From a virus (lineage: Duplodnaviria > Caudoviricetes), in IMG/VR virus record IMGVR_UViG_3300008223_000004, positions 1 through 51,539 of that record: a stretch of 51,539 bases of DNA. One strand, 5' to 3'. How positions within the stretch are numbered: position 1 is the stretch's first letter; the number at the start of each line of letters is the position of its first letter. Position numbers and translations under genes: made by a program. Shown here in pieces: positions 1-8,422 of the stretch. The notes beneath the pieces were generated by a model. That model ran no database searches. It was not told the DNA's origin and saw only the letters and a list, made by a program, of their open reading frames with translations.

Positions 1-52
1 CTGAGGTAACGCTGGGTTACCTTATTACTGCACATCTTACTGCACAAGGCAT

Positions 53-90
53 AAAAAAAGCCCTGTAAACTGTTAGTTCACAAGGCTTTT
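53..90 (-). terminator. Hairpin plus U-tract downstream of the displaced tRNA 3' end
   Basis: AAAAGCCCTGT...ACAAGGCTTTT imperfect inverted repeat with a T-run on the minus strand. Confidence 0.55.
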
Positions 91-97
91 AGAATAG

Positions 98-123
98 TGG
101 CGGTGAGTCAGGGATTCGAACCC
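98..123 (-). repeat. att core (displaced tRNA-Ser 3' fragment)
   Basis: TGGCGGTGAGTCAGGGATTCGAACCC, identical to 51420-51445. Confidence 0.96.
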
Positions 124-160
124 TGTCCAAGTAGGTGCATGGTAGTGCCTACCCGTGCTA

Positions 161-173
161 AATCAACAACTTA
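161..173 (+). promoter_or_regulatory. IHF-binding site in att arm (second match at 399-411)
   Basis: AATCAACAACTTA and TATCAATAGCTTA match WATCAANNNNTTR. Confidence 0.6.
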
Positions 174-214
174 CCTATTCTCACTGTGCGCTCAAGTGCG
201 TGAAAGTGTCTCCG

Positions 215-235
215 TTTTGCCCCATTTTTGCCCCA
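215..235 (+). repeat. Integrase arm-type sites (tandem TTTTGCCCCA)
   Basis: TTTTGCCCCATTTTTGCCCCA, identical at 51351-51371. Confidence 0.8.
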
Positions 236-449
236 ATATCGCTATTAAGCGCTTTTTTGAACTGAGTGTAAATAAATTTTACTCACTCTTAGGCCACATG
301 CCCCCCAGACCTATGCGCCTGCGCCAGCAAAGCGATGATTTCAAAGGGTTTTCACCCGTTTCAGGCAAGGGCAAAATAGCCCAATATCGCCCCTTATGTA
401 TCAATAGCTTACCTTATCGTTTTGCAACTGCCTTGAGTGGTGGTTTCGC

Positions 450-653
450 ATGAAAATACACCTGTCAGTTAACTCCCCAGTTTACGGAAGCTTAAGCGAT
501 GCTCATTGTGCTTGGACTAGAGAAAATATTATCCCTAGTGAGCAAAGAGCGTGTGACGGTCTAATGATGGAAGTTAAAGACCGTGAATTTCTAACCTCAA
601 ATAAAGAGCTTGTTACCTGCAAGCATTGTCTAAAAAAAGAGACATCAGCATGA
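450..653 (+). CDS. Small phage hypothetical protein with CxxC
   Basis: ORF coupled to downstream genes; VTCKHC motif. Confidence 0.6.
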   Translation: MKIHLSVNSPVYGSLSDAHCAWTRENIIPSEQRACDGLMMEVKDREFLTSNKELVTCKHCLKKETSA

Positions 654-961
654 ATTTCCTTCAAAGAATCAAATCTCAAATTAATGACCCGCGCCAAATA
701 CAAGGAAGCCACCAATTCACTCGAGTTGATTATTCAGCACTAGCTGAATTAGTAGATCACTTTGAATCTGTTGACGCTCAATTTAGAGCTTTGCATGACG
801 AACGAGACACCCGCCAAAATTTACGCAATGCAATTACAGCCATGTTTCACGAAAAAGGCAGAAATAGCGAAGAGGTTCTTGTTTTGATTATGGACACTTT
901 ACAGCCATTGATTGAAGAGAAACTGAAGCAAAAAGCAATGAACAAAATGAGGTTTAGATAA
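650..961 (+). CDS. Phage hypothetical protein
   Basis: ATGA overlap with upstream ORF; start taken at MNFLQ. Confidence 0.65.
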   Translation: MNFLQRIKSQINDPRQIQGSHQFTRVDYSALAELVDHFESVDAQFRALHDERDTRQNLRNAITAMFHEKGRNSEEVLVLIMDTLQPLIEEKLKQKAMNKMRFR

Positions 962-1458
962 TGTCTAGCGGTTTCGGTATCAATTCAAAGCCACGCGCAA
1001 ATTCGAGCGCATACGTTAATAGTCCTTACTGGGATAAGAAAAAGGTTTGCTCGTATTGCAAAGGCACAAAAGTTGACCCTGATAATGTAACCAGCGCGCC
1101 TTTACCCTGCCCTGCTTGCAAAGAAGAATCAAATTTAAAGGACGATACCGGCATGACTTGGTTAAGAGACAACAACACACACCTAAATGGGGATAAGAAA
1201 ATGCCAGAAGAATTATGGAGAGATTTAGAATTAGAAGAAAAAATATTGCCAGGTGATAGATGCTGTGGAGCCGATCATAAATGGTTTGAACTGAAAGAAG
1301 AACATTTAACATTCAGGCATATTATGAGCGAACAATCATACCCGACTCAAAGAAAAGTAATTCCAATAAGTGAAGCTGATTTTTTAAAAAGCCATGTATG
1401 CGAAATAAGCAGAGCGATGGACGGAACTTGCCTTACTTGTGGTAAGCAAATTTCTTAA
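961..1458 (+). CDS. Phage hypothetical protein with Zn-finger-like CxxC pairs
   Basis: CSYC...CPAC and C-terminal CLTC. Confidence 0.65.
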   Translation: MSSGFGINSKPRANSSAYVNSPYWDKKKVCSYCKGTKVDPDNVTSAPLPCPACKEESNLKDDTGMTWLRDNNTHLNGDKKMPEELWRDLELEEKILPGDRCCGADHKWFELKEEHLTFRHIMSEQSYPTQRKVIPISEADFLKSHVCEISRAMDGTCLTCGKQIS

Positions 1459-1476
1459 ATGTCGGAGTAAATAGTT

Positions 1477-1707
1477 ATGGAAACAAACATAGATAGTATA
1501 AAAATTGATGAAAAATCAGTGAAGATTTTTAGCACCAAATTACATAATTATGTGAAGAACGAAAAGCCCTTTGATAAAAAATTCAAGAATAAAACGCACA
1601 TCTTGGACATGCTTTATTTTATGGGAACGGCGATAGATGAAGAACGTTTTCTTGGAGCGAGTGGGTTTGAGTCGTTCCAAGAAATTCTTAAAGAAGCGAT
1701 GGCTTAA
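1477..1707 (+). CDS. Phage hypothetical protein
   Basis: ORF with GGAG RBS. Confidence 0.65.
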   Translation: METNIDSIKIDEKSVKIFSTKLHNYVKNEKPFDKKFKNKTHILDMLYFMGTAIDEERFLGASGFESFQEILKEAMA

Positions 1708-1736
1708 TTTAATATTTGTCGGAGGTTGAATTTCAA

Positions 1737-2069
1737 ATGAGTGACTTAGAAATATGCGTACGTATCGCAAAAATTGAAGATGTATTCAGAAAGATAGTTG
1801 ACGAGGTTGATCGCCAGAGCGAGCGATGCAGTCGCCAACTTCAAACGGGGGCTATTAGTTATTTTAAGGCTCAATCGTTTGAAGATATTTACAACCCAAT
1901 AATAAATGATGCCCTGTGTTTTGAATTGATGGTCAAGTATGCGATTAAAGTAGCTCCTAGAATCGGAAATACTACGGCAACATGGACAGGTGGTGACATC
2001 GAAGCATCAGGGGACAAGCACACCAATAAGGCAATTTGCTTGGCAATAATCGAAGCTTTTAAATCGTAG
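1737..2069 (+). CDS. NinX/DUF2591-like phage protein
   Basis: YNPIINDALCFELMVKY and NKAICLAII resemble this family; start at MSDLE. Confidence 0.55.
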   Translation: MSDLEICVRIAKIEDVFRKIVDEVDRQSERCSRQLQTGAISYFKAQSFEDIYNPIINDALCFELMVKYAIKVAPRIGNTTATWTGGDIEASGDKHTNKAICLAIIEAFKS

Positions 2070-2103
2070 ATTTGTCGTTTGTTCAGTTTTAATTTTTAAA
2101 ATT

Positions 2104-2535
2104 TTGGAGAATGAAATGTCAGAAGAAATATTATATTCATCAGTTGAAGATTCTGAAAACTGGATATCTGAAACCCCAGACGAAGTGATACAAGAAATTT
2201 TAAGCGATGACGATTCAATAAAATACAACGACCTTATAACGATATATAAAGGGGAAAAACAAAGTATTTTATTTTCTGAATATGTCACCGATATTTCTGA
2301 CGGTATTTTTGATCAAGCGTATGACGACCTTGGCGACCTAACAAACGATCTTTTAAGCACTGAACAAGCCAAAGCTTTAGATGATGCAGTAAGAGGGTTT
2401 GTAGGTGAGTATGCTATTAAAAATGACCTCAATCCAAGTTTTTACAGAGTTATCAATATTGAGCCTGTCAAAGTAAAAATGACGGCTGTAGGCGATAATT
2501 TCACCTTTGAATTATTTGATCTGGTTAAAGAGTAG
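2104..2535 (+). CDS. Acidic phage hypothetical protein
   Basis: 143-aa ORF rich in D/E. Confidence 0.7.
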   Translation: MENEMSEEILYSSVEDSENWISETPDEVIQEILSDDDSIKYNDLITIYKGEKQSILFSEYVTDISDGIFDQAYDDLGDLTNDLLSTEQAKALDDAVRGFVGEYAIKNDLNPSFYRVINIEPVKVKMTAVGDNFTFELFDLVKE

Positions 2536-2571
2536 CAACTGAATATCTTAAATGTCGGGAGTTGAATTTCA

Positions 2572-2793
2572 ATGAGCAATAAACCAGAACAACGAAAAGT
2601 TAAATATCTGCGCGAGTTTACTGAAGGTTACGGCACGAAATTTTCTTTCGGGCCTTCTGCAATTCAGAGATTTTGTAAAGTTGGATATTTTACAGCTTGT
2701 GAAGTTATGGATTGGGGTTTGGAAACTGGCGCATTTATACCTTATGAAAACAAAGGTCAGTGCCAATTTGCTGAAAATAATGGAAAGATCTAA
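2572..2793 (+). CDS. Phage hypothetical protein
   Basis: ORF coupled to next gene. Confidence 0.6.
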   Translation: MSNKPEQRKVKYLREFTEGYGTKFSFGPSAIQRFCKVGYFTACEVMDWGLETGAFIPYENKGQCQFAENNGKI

Positions 2794-3407
2794 TGAAAGT
2801 ATTAGTAGCATGTGAAGAAAGCCAGGCAGTAACCAAAGAGTTTAGAAAGCTTGGTCATGAAGCTTTTAGCGCCGATATTATTGATTGTAGTGGTGGTCAT
2901 CCTGAGTGGCATATCAAAGGTAATGTTTTGGACATACTTGATGATGGTTGGGACATGATGATAGCGCACCCGCCCTGCACTAGATTAGCTAATTCAGGTA
3001 GGCGATGGCTGCACACGCCACCAAAAGGAAGAACTATGGCTTCTATGTGGAAGGAGTTTTTCGAAGGTGTGGAGCTTTACAAAGCGTTAAGGGATGCGCC
3101 AATAAAGAAAAAAGCAATTGAAAACCCTGTTATGCACGATCATGCAAGAGAGCTAATAGAAAAAGGTAAAAGATGCATTGTTCAGCCGTGGTGGTTTGGA
3201 GATAAGGCATTCAAGGCTACAGGGTTTGAATTAATTGGGCTGCCTGATTTAGTGGCCACGAATAAACTAGAGCCGCCAAAATCGGGAACCGACGAGCACA
3301 AGGCTTGGTCAATGATTCACAGAATGTCACCTGGACCCGAAAGGGCAAAATTAAGAAGTAAAACTTTTCCAGGTATTGCAAAAGCAATGCCTCAACAGTG
3401 GGGTTAA
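2793..3407 (+). CDS. Phage DNA (cytosine-5) methyltransferase-like protein
   Basis: N-terminal VLVACEES, catalytic-type IAHPPCT, IENP. Confidence 0.7.
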   Translation: MKVLVACEESQAVTKEFRKLGHEAFSADIIDCSGGHPEWHIKGNVLDILDDGWDMMIAHPPCTRLANSGRRWLHTPPKGRTMASMWKEFFEGVELYKALRDAPIKKKAIENPVMHDHARELIEKGKRCIVQPWWFGDKAFKATGFELIGLPDLVATNKLEPPKSGTDEHKAWSMIHRMSPGPERAKLRSKTFPGIAKAMPQQWG

Positions 3408-3408
3408 A

Positions 3409-4017
3409 ATGTCGGAAGTAGAACCATTTAGAGAAATGAGTGACGTTAAGCGCATGTATAACTGGCTTAACGAAAATAAAACCGTTCGTGAGGCTGAATG
3501 CTTTCTTATTGGCTGCAATGTTGCCTTACGTGCTGGCGATCTATTACAGATCAAATTCAGCGATGTTGAAGGCAAACAGTTTATTGATCTGAATGAACAA
3601 AAGACGACTAAGTTTAAGCGCATACCTATTACCAAAACGGTACGCGAGGCAACCGCTCGACTTAGAAAGTATTACGAAGAAGGCAAGTTTTACAGTAGCC
3701 ATTCTGAGAAATGGGAACCAACATACTTGTTTCAATCTACAGGTAATCGAGGCTATCACTTGTGCCAGCCTATTTGCATTCAATGGTTGAGCATGAGCTT
3801 TAAGTTAGCGGCTAAAGACCTTGCTTTCCCGTTTAATGTGAATACGCACTCTATGCGTAAAACTTGGGGCTATCGGGCTTATAAAGCTGGTAAAGATATT
3901 TATTACATACAAGCAGCGTTTAATCATTCTACGTCAAGGATCACGCTCGCTTATATCGGAGTAACAAGGTCTACCGTAGAGCAAATGTACTGGGATAATG
4001 AAATGGAAATTGCTTAA
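3409..4017 (+). CDS. Minimal tyrosine recombinase (catalytic domain only)
   Basis: ALRAGD, QKT, THSMRKT, FNH, LAY give the R-K-H-R-H-Y set. Confidence 0.9.
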   Translation: MSEVEPFREMSDVKRMYNWLNENKTVREAECFLIGCNVALRAGDLLQIKFSDVEGKQFIDLNEQKTTKFKRIPITKTVREATARLRKYYEEGKFYSSHSEKWEPTYLFQSTGNRGYHLCQPICIQWLSMSFKLAAKDLAFPFNVNTHSMRKTWGYRAYKAGKDIYYIQAAFNHSTSRITLAYIGVTRSTVEQMYWDNEMEIA

Positions 4018-4064
4018 CACTAAGTAATTTGTCGTTAAAGCGTTTTAATTTTAAGGAGGGTAAA

Positions 4065-4241
4065 ATGTCAGAATTCAAAATTCAAAAGACCAAAGAAATG
4101 AAAATAGTGGTGGAAGATTTGGCTAATGGAGAAAAGATGTGGGGCGATAGTATTGAGGTAGTTTTACAATTTGCGATTTTGGAAAAGCTGGAAGAAATAA
4201 GGTGCGGCCTTATAGATGTCGAGACCGCTATCGAAGATTGA
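4065..4241 (+). CDS. Small phage hypothetical protein
   Basis: AAGGAGG RBS before ATG 4065. Confidence 0.65.
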   Translation: MSEFKIQKTKEMKIVVEDLANGEKMWGDSIEVVLQFAILEKLEEIRCGLIDVETAIED

Positions 4242-4262
4242 CCGACAACGAAGGAAAGTTAG

Positions 4263-4469
4263 ATGCTGGGTGAAATCAAAATAGTAACAGATGAAATTGC
4301 AGAACGCCTTGATGAATTAGCCGACTTAGGTGAAATCTGGAACAAGCACCGTAAAGCCAAACGAATGCCTCATGCCGTTCGGCAAGCAATGATTAGTGCG
4401 TCAGGCGAAATAAGTTTCATGATTGAAGTAGAGCGAAAGGGCTTGCTTGGCGACAATAAAAAAACCTAG
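4263..4469 (+). CDS. Phage hypothetical protein
   Basis: ORF with AAGGA RBS. Confidence 0.6.
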   Translation: MLGEIKIVTDEIAERLDELADLGEIWNKHRKAKRMPHAVRQAMISASGEISFMIEVERKGLLGDNKKT

Positions 4470-4517
4470 AAAGATTCTTTAATCTGTCGGGAAAGTGTTC
4501 TATTTTTAGGAGGATTT

Positions 4518-4781
4518 ATGGAGTCAATAACTGTAGATGAAATATTAAAACAATTATCTGATGTTGAATATGAGATTGTAATTAAGCCACGAAAAGAAGT
4601 TGCCTTGATGTTAGGTGCTGGCAGCGAAGAGATAGAAACGATAAATAAAAACACTGTTTTCGTTATAAGCGGTCATTACAGAAAAGGCTTACCACCCTTT
4701 GTAAGATTCTCACCTCTTCTTGAAAAAAACACTTACATAATAATGAACGACCCTAAGCATGATTTCGCTTTAACGTTTTGA
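4518..4781 (+). CDS. Phage hypothetical protein
   Basis: AGGAGG RBS. Confidence 0.65.
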   Translation: MESITVDEILKQLSDVEYEIVIKPRKEVALMLGAGSEEIETINKNTVFVISGHYRKGLPPFVRFSPLLEKNTYIIMNDPKHDFALTF

Positions 4782-4786
4782 CTTAA

Positions 4787-4972
4787 ATGGGCCATAAAAT
4801 GAATAATCGAGAGTTAGTCCAGGTAAGAAAATATTATGAATTGCCTGGTAGTATCAGCGATAATCAAATACAGAAAGATCTAAATAATTCACTTGGCTTG
4901 GTTGTTATTAGGATAGAAAAAGCAAAGAAAGACTTAGTAAAAGCATTCTCTAAAATTACTTATAAATTTTAA
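4787..4972 (+). CDS. Phage hypothetical protein
   Basis: Co-oriented ORF. Confidence 0.5.
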   Translation: MGHKMNNRELVQVRKYYELPGSISDNQIQKDLNNSLGLVVIRIEKAKKDLVKAFSKITYKF

Positions 4973-4982
4973 AAGGCGATTT

Positions 4983-5240
4983 ATGAAATACCTAGTTAGA
5001 GGCGCAGAAAGCAAAAAAAGAATTGCTCTTTTCCTCGAGTACACAAAAATAGAAAGCGAGTCCCAAATAGACGGTATCTATGATTACTTAAATGTAGGTC
5101 ACCCGCTAGGTGTTGCAGCAGGTTTGAACGGCATTAGCACCTCAAATTTAAGTAGAGATTTAGAAAAGTTAGATGACAAGGCTCGAATTCATGAGCGTCT
5201 AAAAGAGTTAGATTGGCCTAACTACAAATCAGTTAAGTGA
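4983..5240 (+). CDS. PapB/FocB-like small HTH regulator
   Basis: Pattern LEYTKI...IYDYLNVGH...AAGLNGISTSNLSRDL. Confidence 0.6.
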   Translation: MKYLVRGAESKKRIALFLEYTKIESESQIDGIYDYLNVGHPLGVAAGLNGISTSNLSRDLEKLDDKARIHERLKELDWPNYKSVK

Positions 5241-5244
5241 TAAT
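5226..5244 (+). repeat. 19-bp repeat AAATCAGTTAAGTGATAAT, copy 1
   Basis: Exact copies at 6748-6766, 15949-15967 and inverted at 43827-43845. Confidence 0.9.
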
Positions 5245-5350
5245 TTTAAACTAGAAAATTACAGTGAATGCAGATAGTTTATGATGGCAACCTGTACCCC
5301 TACTTTAAAATAGGGGCATTTGAAAAAGGAAGTTGCGCCGTGTTATTTAA

Positions 5351-5746
5351 CTACCAGCCAGTCCCCGCTTGCTCGCTCCCTTCAACTTTATATTCGAAGC
5401 TCCTATCTGCCGTGAAAACGTTGTCTAAAAGGAGCGTATGATTAGAATCCTGCACATTAAACAAGCTGCCTTGACCACCAATCATACTTCTATAGAAAAC
5501 CTCGGCATTGTAACTAAATTTATTGAAATCATTGGGACCATCGTATCCAACAATATTAGAAACCTCTAAAGGATTTCTTTCAAATTTAGACCCAACGGTT
5601 TGCTTTATTGTTGCTGAGCAATCTTTATAAATTTCGCCATCATACTCTACGTCAAAAATGGCTCGTGAGATCATATGTTCAGCATTGCTGCCTAATAAAT
5701 GAGAATTCTGTAGCAATTCTTTAAATCTTATTATCAGTTTACTCAT
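5351..5746 (-). CDS. Moron, hypothetical protein
   Basis: 131-aa ORF antisense to flanking phage genes. Confidence 0.75.
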   Translation of the reverse strand: MSKLIIRFKELLQNSHLLGSNAEHMISRAIFDVEYDGEIYKDCSATIKQTVGSKFERNPLEVSNIVGYDGPNDFNKFSYNAEVFYRSMIGGQGSLFNVQDSNHTLLLDNVFTADRSFEYKVEGSEQAGTGW

Positions 5747-5806
5747 AAGGGTTACCCTCTAAAATTGAAACTTAAGACTCGCGCAAAACGAACCTTTAAC
5801 TAAATA

Positions 5807-6544
5807 TTAAACTTTACGTTTCTTTCTTAAGCTAGCAAAGCCTAGAGCACTAAGACCAAACAAGGCGAATGATGATGGTTCTGGAACTCCGGCAGCTTCT
5901 CCCCACACCCAGTTATCTGTGATTGGTACACCGCGTGGGTTGGGTGGAAGATAAAAGCCATTTGCATCTTTCGCGGTAAGAGGGCTATATCCTCCAGAAA
6001 CAGCAATCATCGCAATTAGATCAGTGCCATCTGTTGTGATTCCCACAAACCCCCCTTCATCCTGCACATCAGGCACCCACGCAACCTGTCCTAGCAATTT
6101 ACCGTCTGTTCCCCACGCGGTAATTATCGCACTCTGGTCAACTGCGGTTAACCCAAAAGCTTTTGTTGGCGTTGTAAGCGTAATAGCAGATTGCATATCA
6201 AGAACTAACCCGTCAATCCACCCTCCACCACTTATAACAGATGGCTGGTCTAATCGTGTTGCTGATACCTCATCATTAACTCTACCCACTGATGTAACTC
6301 CCTCTAGCATGTCAACATACGCCCCACTATGAAACATAACACCCTGTTCAGCGTAATAATCCCATTCAAACGTATGGCCTTGGTTATTTCCCCAACTGAA
6401 ATCAATCTGCCCGTCAATACGAGAAAATTGATCTATCGTTGATATAGGGGTGATTCCACCAGCACCATAGATTGTGCCAGCATGAGCACCTATAGAGAGG
6501 AAAATAGACGAAAACACAAACAGTTTAACTAAATTCTTAATCAT
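5807..6544 (-). CDS. PEP-CTERM sorting-domain surface protein (moron)
   Basis: Signal peptide ending AHA; C-terminal VPEPSS, TM helix, RKKRK. Confidence 0.92.
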   Translation of the reverse strand: MIKNLVKLFVFSSIFLSIGAHAGTIYGAGGITPISTIDQFSRIDGQIDFSWGNNQGHTFEWDYYAEQGVMFHSGAYVDMLEGVTSVGRVNDEVSATRLDQPSVISGGGWIDGLVLDMQSAITLTTPTKAFGLTAVDQSAIITAWGTDGKLLGQVAWVPDVQDEGGFVGITTDGTDLIAMIAVSGGYSPLTAKDANGFYLPPNPRGVPITDNWVWGEAAGVPEPSSFALFGLSALGFASLRKKRKV

Positions 6545-6747
6545 GGTTTAACTCCGTTTACTTTTATTATCGTTCATCAATGAAGAGCATGACGGACACT
6601 GCATCGTTGCTGTGTACTCGACCAAACCTGACGACAATATACACAACGTGATAATGCGTGAAAAGCAGATTTAGGACTGAAATCGGTTGTATTATCCAGA
6701 TCAAAAAATCTAAACTACAGGACAAGAGAATTAATTTCTTGCGCCTC

Positions 6748-6766
6748 AAATCAGTTAAGTGATAAT
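6748..6766 (+). repeat. 19-bp repeat, copy 2
   Basis: Exact match; 21-bp identity with copy 1. Confidence 0.9.
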
Positions 6767-6801
6767 TATTAAAGGTAAAGTATTTCTAATAAACAGGATG
6801 C

Positions 6802-6981
6802 ATGATGAAAGTTTGGATTTTGACGGGGCAAATCTCATACGAAGGCGAACAGCTTATAGGTGTTTTCTCAACGCCCGAAAAGGCCAATAACGCTAAAGAA
6901 GAATGTCAGGAAAAAGAGCGATCAGTATTTGAAGACTACGATATTGAAGAAACTAATCTTAATGAATTCAAAGCCCGCTAA
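6802..6981 (+). CDS. Small phage protein (59 aa, not in ORF track)
   Basis: Manual translation MMKVWILTGQISYEGEQLIGVFSTPEKA...; AGGA RBS. Confidence 0.65.
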   Translation: MMKVWILTGQISYEGEQLIGVFSTPEKANNAKEECQEKERSVFEDYDIEETNLNEFKAR

Positions 6982-7018
6982 CCATTGTCGGGAAAGCGTT
7001 TCAGTTTAGAGGTGTAAA

Positions 7019-7204
7019 GTGTCAGAAGAAAAAGCAAACAAGATTGAACTTTTAGCAGAAAGAGCGCTTGAAATAATGCTGGTACGTGGAAGCGTTACAT
7101 ATCACGATCTTCAATGTAGCGAGTCAGATTTAGCGGAATCTATGAAGTTAGTAGAAGAAGATTTAGGGCTCAGCTTAGCCACTAAAAGAGAATCTATTCA
7201 ATAG
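7019..7204 (+). CDS. Small hypothetical protein
   Basis: GAGG RBS, GTG start. Confidence 0.55.
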   Translation: MSEEKANKIELLAERALEIMLVRGSVTYHDLQCSESDLAESMKLVEEDLGLSLATKRESIQ

Positions 7205-7382
7205 CTTGCCGGATACGCGTTTTAATTTCTTGCTAGGTGTACGGATTTTTCATTATCACTACGACTAATCGTACAGCTACTACACCATCATCGAAACTAT
7301 AAACCCTTTAGTACCAAGGCTTCCCAAGCATCGCAGTCAAATCACTGGTGGACTGGCCTTTTTGACCAAAAATTGGTGCAAG

Positions 7383-7429
7383 CCGCGCCAGCGTATCCCC
7401 CGTGTCAAATGAGAATCATTCAGGGTCCC
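7383..7429 (-). other. Putative cos site (cosQ-like GGGACCC, 23-nt spacer, 12-nt GGGATACGCTGG, CGCGG)
   Basis: Same layout as lambda GGGTCCT-N23-GGGCGGCGACCT-CGCGG; IHF consensus at 7447-7459; lies in a long non-coding region. Confidence 0.6.
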
Positions 7430-7785
7430 CGTCCTATACCTATACAAATCAACGACTTATGACGCATATCTAGAGTGATTCTAGGCTTGTGTCGGCGTGA
7501 ATCGCTTGAATCCCAGCACCCGAGCGGGTTTAGGCGTTACAGCTTAGTTTTTTTGTAGCGGGCGTGTGTTGTATTATTTGCAAGACATATTTCTTGATAG
7601 CCTTTGATAGCAAGGGTTTAGCTCTTCTTTTAGTGATTGCCCCTGGTTTGACCTGGTTTCACTTCATAGTGGTTTATGGTGCCTGGTGTTGATTGGCTAA
7701 CATTTGTTGCGCTTGGCTTGTTTGATCCCTCCTTTATACGTAAATTAATTGCTTTTTTACTTTCATTGTATGCACTTTGAACGTG

Positions 7786-7813
7786 TTGTATTTAGATGTT
7801 TAGTGCGTATACT
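7786..7813 (+). promoter_or_regulatory. Putative sigma70 promoter for the leader array
   Basis: TTGTAT-16-TATACT; TATACTTTGAA shared with the PL promoter. Confidence 0.5.
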
Positions 7814-7853
7814 TTGAATTATCGAAACAGCAACTATCTAACGAGGGTTAACA

Positions 7854-8042
7854 ATGAAAACAGCAACCACACATCAGCACGCTTATGTAAGCGCTATGAA
7901 AGCAGCCACACGCAACCGTTTCAATTATTGGGTAATGATTTGCAAGAATGAAGGTAAGCGCATAGACAGCAAAACAGGCGTAGATCTATCTTATTGCGAT
8001 GTTATCTATAACAAGCGCTTTACTACTAATAAGGGCGTTTAA
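7854..8042 (+). CDS. Leader-array hypothetical protein
   Basis: Preceded by repeat RBS motif. Confidence 0.7.
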   Translation: MKTATTHQHAYVSAMKAATRNRFNYWVMICKNEGKRIDSKTGVDLSYCDVIYNKRFTTNKGV

Positions 8043-8044
8043 TC

Positions 8045-8194
8045 ATGTTTGATTGCATTACACACGACGACTATAGCAATTCAGCTATATGCGCTTTTAA
8101 TAACGAAACTATTCAAATTTGTTTTGAGTCGAATATTGAGTCGCACTACAACGGCTTTATATTGACTGATAACGGCAACTACAAAGCTTACTAA
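8045..8194 (+). CDS. Small hypothetical protein (49 aa, not in ORF track)
   Basis: Manual translation MFDCITHDDY...; AAGGG RBS. Confidence 0.5.
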   Translation: MFDCITHDDYSNSAICAFNNETIQICFESNIESHYNGFILTDNGNYKAY

Positions 8195-8221
8195 TAAAAC
8201 TATCAATCGAGGGTTTAAATT

Positions 8222-8341
8222 ATGTCAGTAACGATCACTAAAAAATCTTTATCAATTGCGCTTTTATATGTTGAGTCGAGCGCATTAAATATCACTGTTA
8301 TTCGTCTAGATAATACTTGGACCGTCACAGCCACCTATTAA
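8222..8341 (+). CDS. Small hypothetical protein (39 aa, not in ORF track)
   Basis: MSVTITKKS...; preceded by repeat RBS motif. Confidence 0.55.
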   Translation: MSVTITKKSLSIALLYVESSALNITVIRLDNTWTVTATY

Positions 8342-8422
8342 ACAAACCAGGTAATGAACCAGGCCGCTATCTAGCGGCCTTTTCTGGTGAAACTATTTAA
8401 TTATCTAATGAGGATTAAAACA

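Noticed and set aside
97-453. 118-aa ORF beginning MAVSQGFEP
   Set aside because: It is the antisense translation of the tRNA fragment and att arm (IHF and arm sites); likely spurious
6567-6749. 60-aa minus-strand ORF upstream of the PEP-CTERM gene
   Set aside because: No RBS; starts inside the 19-bp repeat; more likely the moron's promoter region
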